The notes under the pieces were generated by a model. It was not told where the DNA came from, did no database searches, and saw only the letters and a program-made list of their open reading frames with translations. From assembly GCA_963833225.1 (NCBI GenBank), contig CAWHXD010000019.1, positions 576,001 through 640,000 on the forward strand: DNA of 64,000 nucleotides, read 5' to 3'. The stretch comes from an uncultured Chloroflexia bacterium (lineage in GTDB: Bacteria > Chloroflexota > Limnocylindria > Limnocylindrales > CSP1-4). Each line of letters opens with the position of its first letter. Within the stretch, counting starts at the first letter, position 1. The position numbers and the translations under genes are program-made. Shown here piece after piece: positions 1 to 9,882 of the stretch.

Positions 1-145
1 TCTTGCCGCAGCCCGTCTCGCCGACCACGCCCAGGATCTCGCCACGGGTGACCTCCAGGCTGACGCCGTCCAGCCCCGTCGTCGTCCCATCGGGGGTGAC
101 GAACCGGACGCCGAGGTCCCTGACCTCGAGCAGCGGCGTGCTCAT
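1..145 (-). CDS. ABC transporter ATP-binding protein (DppD/OppD family), 5' part only, truncated by window edge
   Basis: Read manually from ATG at 145: MSTPLLEVRDLGVRF...GEILGVVGETGCGK (Walker A); start overlaps the upstream permease stop. Confidence 0.9.
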   Translation of the reverse strand, partial: MSTPLLEVRDLGVRFVTPDGTTTGLDGVSLEVTRGEILGVVGETGCGK

Positions 146-1032
146 CGCGTGCCCCGTGGGTCGAGCAGGTCGAGGAGCAGGTCCCCGACCAGGTTGAAGG
201 CGAGCACCGCCACGAAGATCGCGAGACCCGGGAAGGCGGACAGCCACCACTGGTCGAGGATGAACGTCCGGCCCTCCGCCACCATCAGGCCCCAGTCGGG
301 GGTGGGCGGCGAGGCTCCGAGGCCCAGGAACGCGAGCGAGCCCGCGGCCAGGATGACCGTCCCGACGTCGATCGTGGCCTGGACCAGGAGCGGCGCCAGC
401 GAGTTGGGGATGATGTGCCGCCCGAGGATGGTGAGGTCCCGAACGCCGATGGAGCGCGCCGCCTCCACGAACGGGCGCTCACGCAGGGAGGCCGCGGTGC
501 CGCGGGCGAGACGGGCGTACCACGGCCACCAGGAGATCGCGAGCGCCATTGCCGCGTGGTCGAGACCCGGACCCAGTGCCGCCACGATGGCCATCGCGAG
601 CAGCAGCGGGGGAAATGCGAGGAACAGGTCCGTGAGGCGCATGATCGCGGCATCGATCCGGCCGCGTCGGTAGCCCGCCAGGGCCCCGAGCGGGATGCCG
701 ATCAGCATCGCGAGCCCGACGACGACGAGCGAGACCGCCAGCGCCGAACGAGCCCCGATGATCACGCGGCTGAGCATGTCGCGCCCAAGGCCGTCGGTGC
801 CGAACCAGTGGCTGGCGCTCGGTGCGAGCATCCGCTCGGGGACGTTGCTCGCTCCCTCGCCCTGGTCCGGATAGGGCGCGATCCACGGACCCAGCACGGC
901 GAACACGACCAGCAGGGTGATGACCGCGACGCCGAACATTGCGAGGGGGTCCCGTCGCAGCGCCCGCCGGAACCGGCGCCAGAGGCCGGCGCGGGGCACC
1001 ATCGCTGTGGGACGGAGGACCTCGACCGCCAT
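142..1032 (-). CDS. ABC transporter permease (DppC/OppC family)
   Basis: HWFGTDGLGRD motif, EAA loop (FVEAARSIG), hydrophobic helices; ATG 1032 overlaps upstream TGA (TGATG). Confidence 0.93.
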   Translation of the reverse strand: MAVEVLRPTAMVPRAGLWRRFRRALRRDPLAMFGVAVITLLVVFAVLGPWIAPYPDQGEGASNVPERMLAPSASHWFGTDGLGRDMLSRVIIGARSALAVSLVVVGLAMLIGIPLGALAGYRRGRIDAAIMRLTDLFLAFPPLLLAMAIVAALGPGLDHAAMALAISWWPWYARLARGTAASLRERPFVEAARSIGVRDLTILGRHIIPNSLAPLLVQATIDVGTVILAAGSLAFLGLGASPPTPDWGLMVAEGRTFILDQWWLSAFPGLAIFVAVLAFNLVGDLLLDLLDPRGTR

Positions 1033-2048
1033 CAGGCCAGCCTCGTCCGCGGGTCCAGCCACGCCTGTACGAGGTCCACGGCGAGGTTGATGACGACATA
1101 CCCCACCGCCCCGAACAGGGTGATCCCCATGACCACCGGGTAGTCGAGGTTGAGCAGGCCCTTGACGGCGAACGTGCCCAGGCCCGGCCAATTGAACACG
1201 ACCTCGACGAAGAACGTCCCCGTAAGCGCGTACGCGAGCGTGAGGCCCACGACCGTGACCACCGGGATGAGCGCGTTCTTGAGCGCCAGCCGGTAGGTGA
1301 TCAGCCGCTCGCTGATCCCGGCCGCGCGCGCCGCGCGCACGTAGTCCTGGCCGAGGGCTTCGAGCATGGACGCTCGCGTCATCCGGGCGATCAGCCCGAT
1401 CGGGTACGCGGCCAGCGTGAGGGCAGGCAGCACGAGATGCCAGGCCACGTCCGAGAAGGCCGCCCAGTTGCCCGACACGACGGTGTCGAACAGGTAGAAG
1501 CCGGTCAGTTCCGTGATCGGGGACACGAACCGGAGGTCCGCGTCGACCCGACCCGTGAGCGGCAGCAGGTGGAGGTCTCGGAAGAACAGGACCTGGAGCA
1601 GCAGGCCGAGCCAGAACGCCGGCAGCGAGACGCCCACGATCGAGACGATCCGCACCACGAGGTCGGGCGGGCGCCGGCGCCAGCGGGCGGACAGGATGCC
1701 CAGCAGGACGCCCGCCGGGATTGCGATGACCATTGCCGCGACGATCAGCTCCAGGGTCGCTGGCAGCCGGCCGAGGATCTCCTCGAGGACCGGGCGTTTG
1801 GTCCCGATGGACGTGCCCCAGTCGCCGGTCAGCATGTCGCGCATGTACGTCAGGTACTGGATCGGGACGGGCTGGTTGAGGCCGAGCTGCTCGGTCACCC
1901 GGGCGATGTCCTCGGGCCGCGCCTTGGGGCCGATGTACACCGCAGCCGGGTTGGACGGGACCAGGCGCGCGAGCGCGAAGGTGATGATCGACAGTCCGAG
2001 CAGGACGGCAGCGGAGCCGGCGAGGCGGCGCGCGATGAACGAGATCAC
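1032..2048 (-). CDS. ABC transporter permease (DppB/OppB family)
   Basis: GLNQPVPIQY...GDWGTS, RLPATLEL, DYVRAARAAG, VEVVFNWPGLG, LDPR C-terminus. Confidence 0.95.
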   Translation of the reverse strand: MISFIARRLAGSAAVLLGLSIITFALARLVPSNPAAVYIGPKARPEDIARVTEQLGLNQPVPIQYLTYMRDMLTGDWGTSIGTKRPVLEEILGRLPATLELIVAAMVIAIPAGVLLGILSARWRRRPPDLVVRIVSIVGVSLPAFWLGLLLQVLFFRDLHLLPLTGRVDADLRFVSPITELTGFYLFDTVVSGNWAAFSDVAWHLVLPALTLAAYPIGLIARMTRASMLEALGQDYVRAARAAGISERLITYRLALKNALIPVVTVVGLTLAYALTGTFFVEVVFNWPGLGTFAVKGLLNLDYPVVMGITLFGAVGYVVINLAVDLVQAWLDPRTRLA

Positions 2049-2076
2049 GGCGGCGTCAGGGGGCCAGTGAGGGGGC

Positions 2077-2110
2077 GGGCACCCGGTCGAGGGACTCGCC
2101 CCGGGCGCCC
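2077..2110 (-). terminator. Intercistronic stem-loop between substrate-binding gene and permeases
   Basis: GGGCACCCGG (2077-2086) pairs with CCGGGCGCCC (2101-2110); typical mRNA-stabilising hairpin position in ABC operons. Confidence 0.5.
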
Positions 2111-2124
2111 GTTTGCGGTCCGGC

Positions 2125-3792
2125 TCAGCCGGCCGGGTACATCGGGTAGAAGAACTGGGCGAACGGGTAGTTGAGGTTGTACTCGAACCCGCCGACCCGG
2201 TTCGGGATCGCCGTCACGAAGCGGGTGTCGTAGAAGAACAGGCCCGGCGCCTGGTCGACGAGCACCTGCATGGCCTCGGTGTACTTCGCCTGGGCCTGGT
2301 CTCGCTGCGTCGCGGTGAGGCCGATGGCCTCGTCGACGAGGGAGTCGAACTGGGTGTTCTTCCAGTACGAGAGGTTGAAGAACGGATTCTCGCTGCTGTG
2401 GAACATCGACCACAGGTTATCCGAGCCGGCATCGCTGTAGGTCGGCCAGTAGAGCAGCAGGAACATGTCCTGGCGATCCTTGGGGTCGCCCTTGGCCTGC
2501 TCCCACTGCTGGTTGAACGCGATTGGTGTGATGGTGACGTCGATGCCCAGCGACCCATAGGCTTCCTGGATGAGGGGCGCGAACCGGGCCTCGTTCTGAT
2601 TCTCGGCAGCGTAGGTGAGGTTGAGCTTGAAGCCGCCGTTCTCGTACCCGGCATCCTTGAGCAGGGCCTTCGCCTTCTCGAGATCCTGCGTGTACTGAGG
2701 CACCTCCGCGGACCACGGGAACACGCCCTCCGGAACGGGACCGCGCGACTGCGTGCCGTACCCCTGGGCACCCACGGTGATGATGTCCGCATACGGGATG
2801 GCGTAGGACAGCGCCTGGCGGACCTTCACGTCGTCGAGCGGCTTGCGCGCCGTGTTGAAGAAGCCCACGTAGTTGAAGAAGGACGGCTGGTTGACGAAGG
2901 TGAAGTCGGGGTTGTCCTGGTAGGCGGCGACGTTCTCGAGCGGCAGTGACAGGGCGAGGTCGACCTCACCGCCATCGAGCATCTGCTGCTGGACCGCGGC
3001 CTCGGGCGTGATCGACACCAGCACCTTGTCGTAGTGCGGACCGTTCCAGCCGCCCCAGTAGCCGTCGTATTTCGTGAGCAGCACCTCCTTGTCGGGGGTG
3101 TACGACTCGAGGGTGTACGGGCCGGTGCCCGCCTCGATGCCCTGCTCGAAGTAGGTGTCGTCCGCCGCCGCTGCGGCCAGGGCCTTGGGGCTGACGATCC
3201 AGGCGCCATACAGCGACGAGGCGACGAGGTCCATCGGTGCGGCGTACGTGAGATTGAGCGCCACGGTGGAGGCATCGACAGCCGTGATCGAGTCCAGCGC
3301 GCCCCAGATGAAGGACGCGCCCCCGCGGCTGGCGGCGGCCTCGATTGACTGCTTCACGGCGTCTGCGGTGAGCGGCTCGCCATCGTGGAAGGTCACGCCA
3401 TCGCGCAGCTTGAAGGTCCACGTCAGGCCGTCCGGGCTGGCTTCCCATGAGGTGGCCAGGACGGGCGTGAACGGCTCGGCGGCGCCGGGCGGGTTGACCC
3501 GGAGCAAGGGCTCGTAGAGATTGGCCAGGTAGAGGGCCTCGGTGGAGAACGACTTCACCGGATCCCAGGTGGTGATGTTGGCGGTGGCGGCGACCTTGAG
3601 CACGGCGGGGCCCGCCGTGGTCGGCTCGGGCGTCGCCGGGGCAGCGGTGGAATCCGCAGAAGCCGCGGGGGCGCTGGCCGGTGCCTGGGTGGCGGCGCTC
3701 GAGCTGCAGGCGCCAACGAGCAGGGCGCCTGTGGCCATGAGTGCCAGGAGCCGTCGGGCTCCGGTGCGTCGCATGGACGGATCCGCGTGCAT
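2125..3792 (-). CDS. ABC transporter substrate-binding lipoprotein, family 5 (peptide/nickel)
   Basis: Lipobox LLVGAC, LATSWEASPDGLTWTFKLRDGVTFHDG signature, GTGPY; GAGGG RBS before ATG 3792. Confidence 0.93.
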   Translation of the reverse strand: MHADPSMRRTGARRLLALMATGALLVGACSSSAATQAPASAPAASADSTAAPATPEPTTAGPAVLKVAATANITTWDPVKSFSTEALYLANLYEPLLRVNPPGAAEPFTPVLATSWEASPDGLTWTFKLRDGVTFHDGEPLTADAVKQSIEAAASRGGASFIWGALDSITAVDASTVALNLTYAAPMDLVASSLYGAWIVSPKALAAAAADDTYFEQGIEAGTGPYTLESYTPDKEVLLTKYDGYWGGWNGPHYDKVLVSITPEAAVQQQMLDGGEVDLALSLPLENVAAYQDNPDFTFVNQPSFFNYVGFFNTARKPLDDVKVRQALSYAIPYADIITVGAQGYGTQSRGPVPEGVFPWSAEVPQYTQDLEKAKALLKDAGYENGGFKLNLTYAAENQNEARFAPLIQEAYGSLGIDVTITPIAFNQQWEQAKGDPKDRQDMFLLLYWPTYSDAGSDNLWSMFHSSENPFFNLSYWKNTQFDSLVDEAIGLTATQRDQAQAKYTEAMQVLVDQAPGLFFYDTRFVTAIPNRVGGFEYNLNYPFAQFFYPMYPAG

Positions 3793-3904
3793 GGGTGTCC
3801 CTCGATCCGGCTGTTCAGGGGGCTCACGACCGCGGCCCTCTTCCCGATGGTTCCGCAGTGTTGCCACATCGGGCGTCGGCGTCCAATACTTCGTTGGTCA
3901 CAGC

Positions 3905-3923
3905 CCATGCCCGAGAGGCATGG
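3905..3923. promoter_or_regulatory. Putative LysR binding site (T-N11-A palindrome)
   Basis: ccATGCCCGAGAGGCATgg between divergent ABC operon and LysR gene. Confidence 0.6.
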
Positions 3924-3939
3924 CCTTTGGGGAACACCC

Positions 3940-4932
3940 TTGGAAGTCAGGACGCTCCGCTACTTCCTTGCCGTGGTCGACGAGACGTCGCTCACGCGGG
4001 CCGCCGCGGTCGTCCGGGTCGCGCAGCCGTCGCTGTCGCGCCAGATCCGGGGACTTGAGCTGTCGCTTGGACAGAGCCTGTTCGATCGCTCGGACGGGCG
4101 CCTCCGGTTGACACCCGCTGGCCGCCAGTTCGTCCCGCTCGCGCGGGATCTCGTGGCCCGCGCCGATGCCGCCGAGGCGGCCATGCGAGACCTCGAGGCG
4201 GCGCGGGTGACGAACCTGAGCGTCGTGGCACCACACGTCACGATCGTGGATGTCATCGCGCCATATCTCGCGACCTTGGGCACGGAGGCACTGAAGGTCT
4301 CCGTCCGCGACGCCCCGTCGCTCACGGTGTTCCGGATCCTCCGCTCAGGGGATGCCGACCTGGGCGTCTCCGTCGGGCCGCCGCCGGGCGAGCTGGAGTC
4401 GCTGCCGGTGGCCAGGTTCTCGATCACGGCCCAGGTTCCGCCGGATCACCGGTGGGCGCGGCGCACCGACGTGACCCTGCTGGAGCTGACGCGCGAGCCG
4501 CTGGCGCTGCTCACGACCGAGCACGGGACGCGACGGGTGTTCGACCAGGCCGTGGCGGCGGCCGGCCTCTCGTATCACGCCGTTGGTGAGTCGAACCTGT
4601 CTGCCGTGGCCCAGACGCTCGCGGCCGGCGGCTCGGGCATCGCCATCGTCTCCGACGATGCGCGGTATGGGCTGCATCCGCTGACCATCGATGCGGGTGG
4701 GGCCGTCCTCGCGATCCCGATCGTGGCCGCCTGGGAGGGATCGCACTTCGCGGCGCCGATGATCGAGGCCTGGGCGAAGGGCCTGGCGGGGTACACGCTC
4801 GCACACTACGGTCCGGACATGGCGGGCGGGCTGGACGCCCCGACCGTGGTCAGGCACCCGCCGCCCCGCGACGGGCGAGCGAGCCGCGGCCGGACGCGGG
4901 CCGCCGGTCAGCCTAGAATCCCCCGGCCATGA
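3940..4932 (+). CDS. LysR-family transcriptional regulator
   Basis: TTG start; LRYFLAVVDETSLTRAA...AQPSLSRQIRGLE...LFDR...LTPAG HTH signature; LysR substrate domain. Confidence 0.93.
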   Translation: MEVRTLRYFLAVVDETSLTRAAAVVRVAQPSLSRQIRGLELSLGQSLFDRSDGRLRLTPAGRQFVPLARDLVARADAAEAAMRDLEAARVTNLSVVAPHVTIVDVIAPYLATLGTEALKVSVRDAPSLTVFRILRSGDADLGVSVGPPPGELESLPVARFSITAQVPPDHRWARRTDVTLLELTREPLALLTTEHGTRRVFDQAVAAAGLSYHAVGESNLSAVAQTLAAGGSGIAIVSDDARYGLHPLTIDAGGAVLAIPIVAAWEGSHFAAPMIEAWAKGLAGYTLAHYGPDMAGGLDAPTVVRHPPPRDGRASRGRTRAAGQPRIPRP

Positions 4933-5609
4933 CCACCCTCCGCCGATCCCTGTCCGAGACCGCCAGCCGTGCCATCGCCGCACGGACCGAGGTCCTGTTC
5001 CGTGCCAGCGGTGCCCTTCGCGAGGGGCACTTCACGCTCAAGAGCGGTCGCCACTCCGACGCGTACGTGGAGAAGTTCCAGGTGCTCCAGGACCCGGCCG
5101 CGACCAGCGAGCTGTGCGCCTTCTTCGCGGCCATCCACACGCGGCGCGACGGCACGGCGTCGGTCGACCTCGTGGCCGGCCCAACCACCGGGGGCGTGAT
5201 CCTGGCCTTTGAGACCGGCCGCCAGCTGGGGACGCGCGCGATCTTCGCGGAGGAGGTTGCCGCTGATGCCGGCCCACGTCGCGAGTTCCGGCGCGGCTTC
5301 GAGATCCGGCCCGGCGAGAAGGTCCTGCTGGTGGACGACATCCTCACGACCGGCGGGTCGCTGCTGGCGATGATCCCGGCGGTCGAGGCGCTTGGCGGGG
5401 AGATCGTCGAGTGCGTGGTCCTCGTGGATCGCTCGGGGGGCCTGTCCACGCTCACCTCGCCGGCGAGCGGCCGGGTGTACCCGCTGCGGGCCCTGTGGCG
5501 TCTCGAGCTGCCGACGTACGAGGCGGGTGTGGCGACCTGCCCGAGGTGCGCGGCCGGCGAGCCCGCGGTCAAGCCCGGCAGCAGCGGGACGGGAATGGCC
5601 CCGGCGTGA
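4929..5609 (+). CDS. pyrE: Orotate phosphoribosyltransferase
   Basis: GHFTLKSGRHSDAYVEK, PRPP-binding VLLVDDILTTGGS, C-terminal CPRC...KPGS. Confidence 0.95.
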   Translation: MTTLRRSLSETASRAIAARTEVLFRASGALREGHFTLKSGRHSDAYVEKFQVLQDPAATSELCAFFAAIHTRRDGTASVDLVAGPTTGGVILAFETGRQLGTRAIFAEEVAADAGPRREFRRGFEIRPGEKVLLVDDILTTGGSLLAMIPAVEALGGEIVECVVLVDRSGGLSTLTSPASGRVYPLRALWRLELPTYEAGVATCPRCAAGEPAVKPGSSGTGMAPA

Positions 5610-6011
5610 CGGCACCCTGGGCGCGGGTGGAGTGGCGGCTCCCGGCCCGTTGCCCTTGCCGTGCTGGCGGTCGTGCTCGCGGCCTGCGGGGGTACCACCG
5701 ATCCGACGCCGGGCCCCGTCGGCAGCGCCTCGCTGGGACCCGCGCTGAGTGGCAGCCCGGTCACGGTGGTCTCGCCGGTCGTGGGGCAGCTCGTCAAGCT
5801 CGACTCGGCGGGGCTCACGAAGGTAACGGGGTTCCGGCTTCGTACCGACGACGGGAAGGAACTGGACTTCCGGATCGGGATCCTGGACAACGGGGCGGCG
5901 TTCCCGCCGGGGCACCTCGCCGAGCACATGGCGCTCGGGACCCCAGTCCGGGTGTTCTTCCGGGACGAGGGCGGGGCGCGCGTGGTCTATCGCCTGGAGG
6001 ATGCCGGGTAG
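5606..6011 (+). CDS. Small lipoprotein, hypothetical; probable +1 frameshift near 5647 (intact ORF 5661-6011)
   Basis: Lipobox VLAAC; GHLAEHM motif; GTG 5606 overlaps pyrE stop and 5606-6011 is 3n+1 long. Confidence 0.65.
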
Positions 6012-6061
6012 GCGCTGCGCAGGACGGAGTGGGCCGGGGGCCGGCCCGGTCCGCGAGGCTG

Positions 6062-7027
6062 CTACGTGCCGGAGATCTGGGCGAACACGTCCTGGAGCTC
6101 GGCGTCGGTCACGATGCCCTCGTACGATCCCCGCACAATGCCCGTCCCGTCCACGGCGAACACCCACGGCTCGGACAGGATCTGCCATTGCTCGACGGCC
6201 AGGACCGGCTGGAGCTGGTTGTCCGCGTCCAGGATCGGCTGCAGCCGGCCTTCCTTGAACTCCATCTTGTACGGCTCGACGTTGATGAACGCGATGTCGT
6301 CGGGCGCCGTCGCCGCCACCTGCTTGATGTGATCGAGGGTTGGGCCGCATTGGGCGCTCTGGCAGAACGCCGGGGTCGCGAACACGAGGATGAACGGACG
6401 CCCCTCCGCGATCGCGTCCGCGACGGACAGCTCGTAGAACTTCGGGTCCGGGTTGGTGTCGGTGCTGATCTGCGCCAGGTCGCCCCCGACATCGGCGGCC
6501 GTGGGCGTCACAGACGCGGGCGCCGGCTGGCCGATACCGACCGTGGGCAGGTGGTCCTGGACATCGAACGAGACCCCGATCGACTCCTGGGGCGAGGCAG
6601 GAGACTGCGTGATGAAGATCGCCTTCCAGGCGCCGGCGGTCGGGAACTCCGTGTGCGCGATGTATTCGCCACGGCTGCCCTCGATGGCCCACACGAACTC
6701 CGCGGGCACCGGGGTCCCGGGCTCGGTCTCACCCGGGGCGACGAACGCGACCTGGGCGGTGCGATCGGGTGAGCCTGCGGGAAGGTTGCCGGCCGCGTCG
6801 AGGAACGAGAAGACGAAGCGCGCTGGCCCCTGCTGCAGCTGGCCGATGATCACCGGGATGACCGATGGCCCTGCCGACGAGGCCTCCGGGGAGGCACCGG
6901 TCTGGCCCGAGCCCGCGGGCGCCGCGGGCGTCGACGAGCCGGGTGTCCCGCCGCGCGACACGCACGCGGCGACGAGCGCCGCCGTGAGCACCCCGACGAG
7001 CAACAGCGAGAGGAGACGGGTCACCAT
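6062..7027 (-). CDS. Lipoprotein with C-terminal thioredoxin-like domain
   Basis: Lipobox LVAAC; FATPAFCQSAQCGP (CxxxxC), FINVEPY, SEPWVFAVDGTG. Confidence 0.8.
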   Translation of the reverse strand: MVTRLLSLLLVGVLTAALVAACVSRGGTPGSSTPAAPAGSGQTGASPEASSAGPSVIPVIIGQLQQGPARFVFSFLDAAGNLPAGSPDRTAQVAFVAPGETEPGTPVPAEFVWAIEGSRGEYIAHTEFPTAGAWKAIFITQSPASPQESIGVSFDVQDHLPTVGIGQPAPASVTPTAADVGGDLAQISTDTNPDPKFYELSVADAIAEGRPFILVFATPAFCQSAQCGPTLDHIKQVAATAPDDIAFINVEPYKMEFKEGRLQPILDADNQLQPVLAVEQWQILSEPWVFAVDGTGIVRGSYEGIVTDAELQDVFAQISGT

Positions 7028-7174
7028 CGAGCCAAAGCGTAGCCCCACCTCTCGGAGCGCGCAGGAATGCCCTCCGCGTCCCACGGGTGACCGCGGGTAG
7101 AATGCTGGCCTGCGTTCCCGGCCCGGTGCCGAGCGCCCCTGGTTCGCCCACCTCGAAGGACCTTCGAACCGCCC

Positions 7175-9121
7175 GTGACACGCTTCCAGAAGATCGCCGT
7201 CGCCACGGTCGTCGCGACGATCCTGCTCGTCACCGTGGGCGTCATCGTGCGGGCCACGGGCTCCGGGATGGGCTGTCCCGACTGGCCACTGTGCTACGGC
7301 CAGCTGCTCCCGCCCCTCGATGACTCCAAGGCGTGGTGGGAGTGGATCCACCGGACGATCGCGGCGGTCATCGGCTTCCTGATCCTGGGCGTCGCCTTCT
7401 TCGCCTGGAAGGACCATCGTGACCGCCGGTCCATCCTGTGGCCGAGCCTGGTGGCCGTGCTGCTCGTGGGCTTCCAGGCCTGGCTCGGCCGGGAGACGGT
7501 CCGCCTCAACAACTCCGGCGACTCGGTGACGGCGCACCTCGCGGCCGCGATGTCCCTGCTGGGGCTGCTCGTGTTCGTGACGGTCCGCGCGTTCTACCCG
7601 GCGCGCCTGCTGGCCCGGGGCCGCTCGCAGCGCTTCACCCTGCTCGCGGTCCTCACGTCGGCGGCGATGTTCGGCCTGCTGCTGTTCGGATCCAACGTGA
7701 CGGCGCAGGACGCCGGCCTCGTGTTCCCGGACTGGCCGCTGATGAACGGCAGCCTGATGCCGCTCCAGGCGGGGCTGGACCCGCAGGTTCGCGGCCTGTA
7801 CGAGGCCCACGTGCTGCACCGCTACGTGGCGGCGTTCGTGCTCGTGCTGGTGTGGACGACGGCCCTCGCCGCGTGGCGGACGCAGCGTTCCCGGCGCGCG
7901 GTCGTCATCCTGGCCGCCCTGATGGCGATCATCTACCCGGTCCAGGTCGGGATCGGTGGCCTCCAGGTGTTCACGCTCCTGGCCGACTGGACGCAGACCC
8001 TCCACGTCGCCCTCTCGGCGCTGCTCTGGGGGTTGTCCGTCGCACTGGCGATGACGGCGTACTACGAGGCGCGGATCGCGGCCCCGCCCGCGACCGGGTA
8101 CCCGGTCGCGGGTGACTCGGGCGGGTCGCCGGACGACGGCGGCTCGGGCGGCCCAGCGACCGGCGGCGGGGCATCGACCCGCAGCACGGGGAACGACGCC
8201 CCCACCGCATCCCGGAGCTCAACCGTTCGGGCGTACATCGCGCTGACCAAGCCCCGGATCATCGAGCTGCTGCTGATCACCACCATCCCGGCGATGGTCC
8301 TCGCGACCCGTGACCTGCCCGGCATGAACCTGCTCGAGTGGCTGCGGCTCGCCTTCTGGACCATGCTCGGTGGCTCCCTGGCGGCGGGCTCGGCCAATGC
8401 GATCAACCAGTACCTGGACCGCGACATCGACCTGCTCATGTCCCGTACCCGGCGCCGGCCGCTGCCCGCCCACGACGTGACGCCCGAGAACGCCGTCGTG
8501 TTCGGGATCGTGCTGGGCGTGATCTCGATCGCGCTGATGGCGATGTTCGTCAACCTCGTGTCGGCGTTCCTGACCCTGCTCGCGATCGCGTTCTACGTCG
8601 TGATCTACACGCTCCTGCTCAAGCGGACGACCCCCCAGAACATCGTCATCGGCGGGGCCGCCGGCGCCCTGCCGCCGGTCATCGGCTGGACCGCGGTCAC
8701 GGGCCGGATCGAGATCCCGGCGCTGATGCTGTTCTTCCTCGTCTTCTACTGGACGCCGCCCCATTTCTGGGCGCTCGCGTTGCGCATCCGCAAGGACTAC
8801 GAGACGGCCCGCGTGCCCATGCTCCCGGTGGTGAAGGGCGTCCCGGAAACCGCGCGGCAGATCGCGCTGTACACGATCCTGCTGGTGGCGATCAGCCTCA
8901 TCTTCTGGCCGGTGGCCACCATGGGCCCCGTCTACCTCGTCGCGGCGGTGGTGCTGGGCGCGCTGTTCCTGTGGCGAGCGTTCGTGCTGTGGCGGCAGGC
9001 GACGTCCCCCGAGGGGTCGCTCGCGCAGGCGATCCGCCTGTACCGCTACTCGATCTCCTACCTGACGCTGCTGTTCGCGGCGGTTGCGGTCGACGCCCTG
9101 CTCATGGGTCCCACGAGCTGA
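7175..9121 (+). CDS. ctaA-ctaB: Fused heme A synthase (CtaA/COX15) + protoheme IX farnesyltransferase (heme O synthase, CtaB)
   Basis: N-half GSGMGCPDWPLC, EWIHR, FPDWP, HVLHR; G/S linker; C-half LTKPRI, NQYLDRDID.LM.RT..RPLP, WTPPHFWAL; TAGAAT at 7098. Confidence 0.95.
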   Translation: MTRFQKIAVATVVATILLVTVGVIVRATGSGMGCPDWPLCYGQLLPPLDDSKAWWEWIHRTIAAVIGFLILGVAFFAWKDHRDRRSILWPSLVAVLLVGFQAWLGRETVRLNNSGDSVTAHLAAAMSLLGLLVFVTVRAFYPARLLARGRSQRFTLLAVLTSAAMFGLLLFGSNVTAQDAGLVFPDWPLMNGSLMPLQAGLDPQVRGLYEAHVLHRYVAAFVLVLVWTTALAAWRTQRSRRAVVILAALMAIIYPVQVGIGGLQVFTLLADWTQTLHVALSALLWGLSVALAMTAYYEARIAAPPATGYPVAGDSGGSPDDGGSGGPATGGGASTRSTGNDAPTASRSSTVRAYIALTKPRIIELLLITTIPAMVLATRDLPGMNLLEWLRLAFWTMLGGSLAAGSANAINQYLDRDIDLLMSRTRRRPLPAHDVTPENAVVFGIVLGVISIALMAMFVNLVSAFLTLLAIAFYVVIYTLLLKRTTPQNIVIGGAAGALPPVIGWTAVTGRIEIPALMLFFLVFYWTPPHFWALALRIRKDYETARVPMLPVVKGVPETARQIALYTILLVAISLIFWPVATMGPVYLVAAVVLGALFLWRAFVLWRQATSPEGSLAQAIRLYRYSISYLTLLFAAVAVDALLMGPTS

Positions 9122-9145
9122 CCCGGTAGCCACGGGGGACCCCCG

Positions 9146-9811
9146 TCAGTCGCCGATGTCGCCGCGGGCTTCGAGTACCGCCCGCCGGCGGCGCGAGACG
9201 CGCCCCTCGCGGTCGAACACACGCAGCGCGACCTGCACCAGCGGTCCGATGCCCAGCGCGAACACCACGGTTCCCAGGCCGATCGTGCCACCAGCGAGGA
9301 ACCCCGCGGCCAGCACGCTGAGCTCGATCCCGGTCCGGGCCCGCCGGATCGACCATCCGAAGCGCAGGTGGAGCCCGGTCATGAGGCCATCTCGCGGACC
9401 CGGACCGAGATCCGCGGCGAGGTACAGGCCGGATCCGATCGCGATGGTGACGACGCCGGCCAGCATCATCGCCATCTGCCCGGCGATGCCCGACGCCTCC
9501 GGAATGATGTCGAGCGCCACGTTGGTGGAGCTGCCGATGAGGACGATGTTGATGACCGTGCCCACGCCGGGCCGCTCCCCGAGGGGCCACCACGCCGCCA
9601 GCACGGGGATGCCGACGAGGATGCTCACCGTTCCGAGCGGGAGCCCGCTCAGCCGGCTGATGCCCTGGTGGAACACCTCCCACGGACCCAGGCCGATGCC
9701 CGCCTGCGCCATGGCGGCGATGCCCACGCCGAACAGGACGAGGCCGGCGAGGAGGCCTGGCAGCCGTGGCCGGACGACGGCGGGGGACCAGCGGGAGGCG
9801 GGATCAGGCAC
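9146..9811 (-). CDS. YczE/YyaS/YitT family membrane protein
   Basis: GLGPWEVFHQG, RPGVGT, LGPGPRDGLMTGL, GGTIGLGT; TACCAT 7 nt before GTG. Confidence 0.85.
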   Translation of the reverse strand: MPDPASRWSPAVVRPRLPGLLAGLVLFGVGIAAMAQAGIGLGPWEVFHQGISRLSGLPLGTVSILVGIPVLAAWWPLGERPGVGTVINIVLIGSSTNVALDIIPEASGIAGQMAMMLAGVVTIAIGSGLYLAADLGPGPRDGLMTGLHLRFGWSIRRARTGIELSVLAAGFLAGGTIGLGTVVFALGIGPLVQVALRVFDREGRVSRRRRAVLEARGDIGD

Positions 9812-9882
9812 CTGGCGAATGGTACCGGCGCGCCGGCGGGTCACGACCGTGGCCGGCCTGCGGTGCCGTGACCTGCGGTCGA

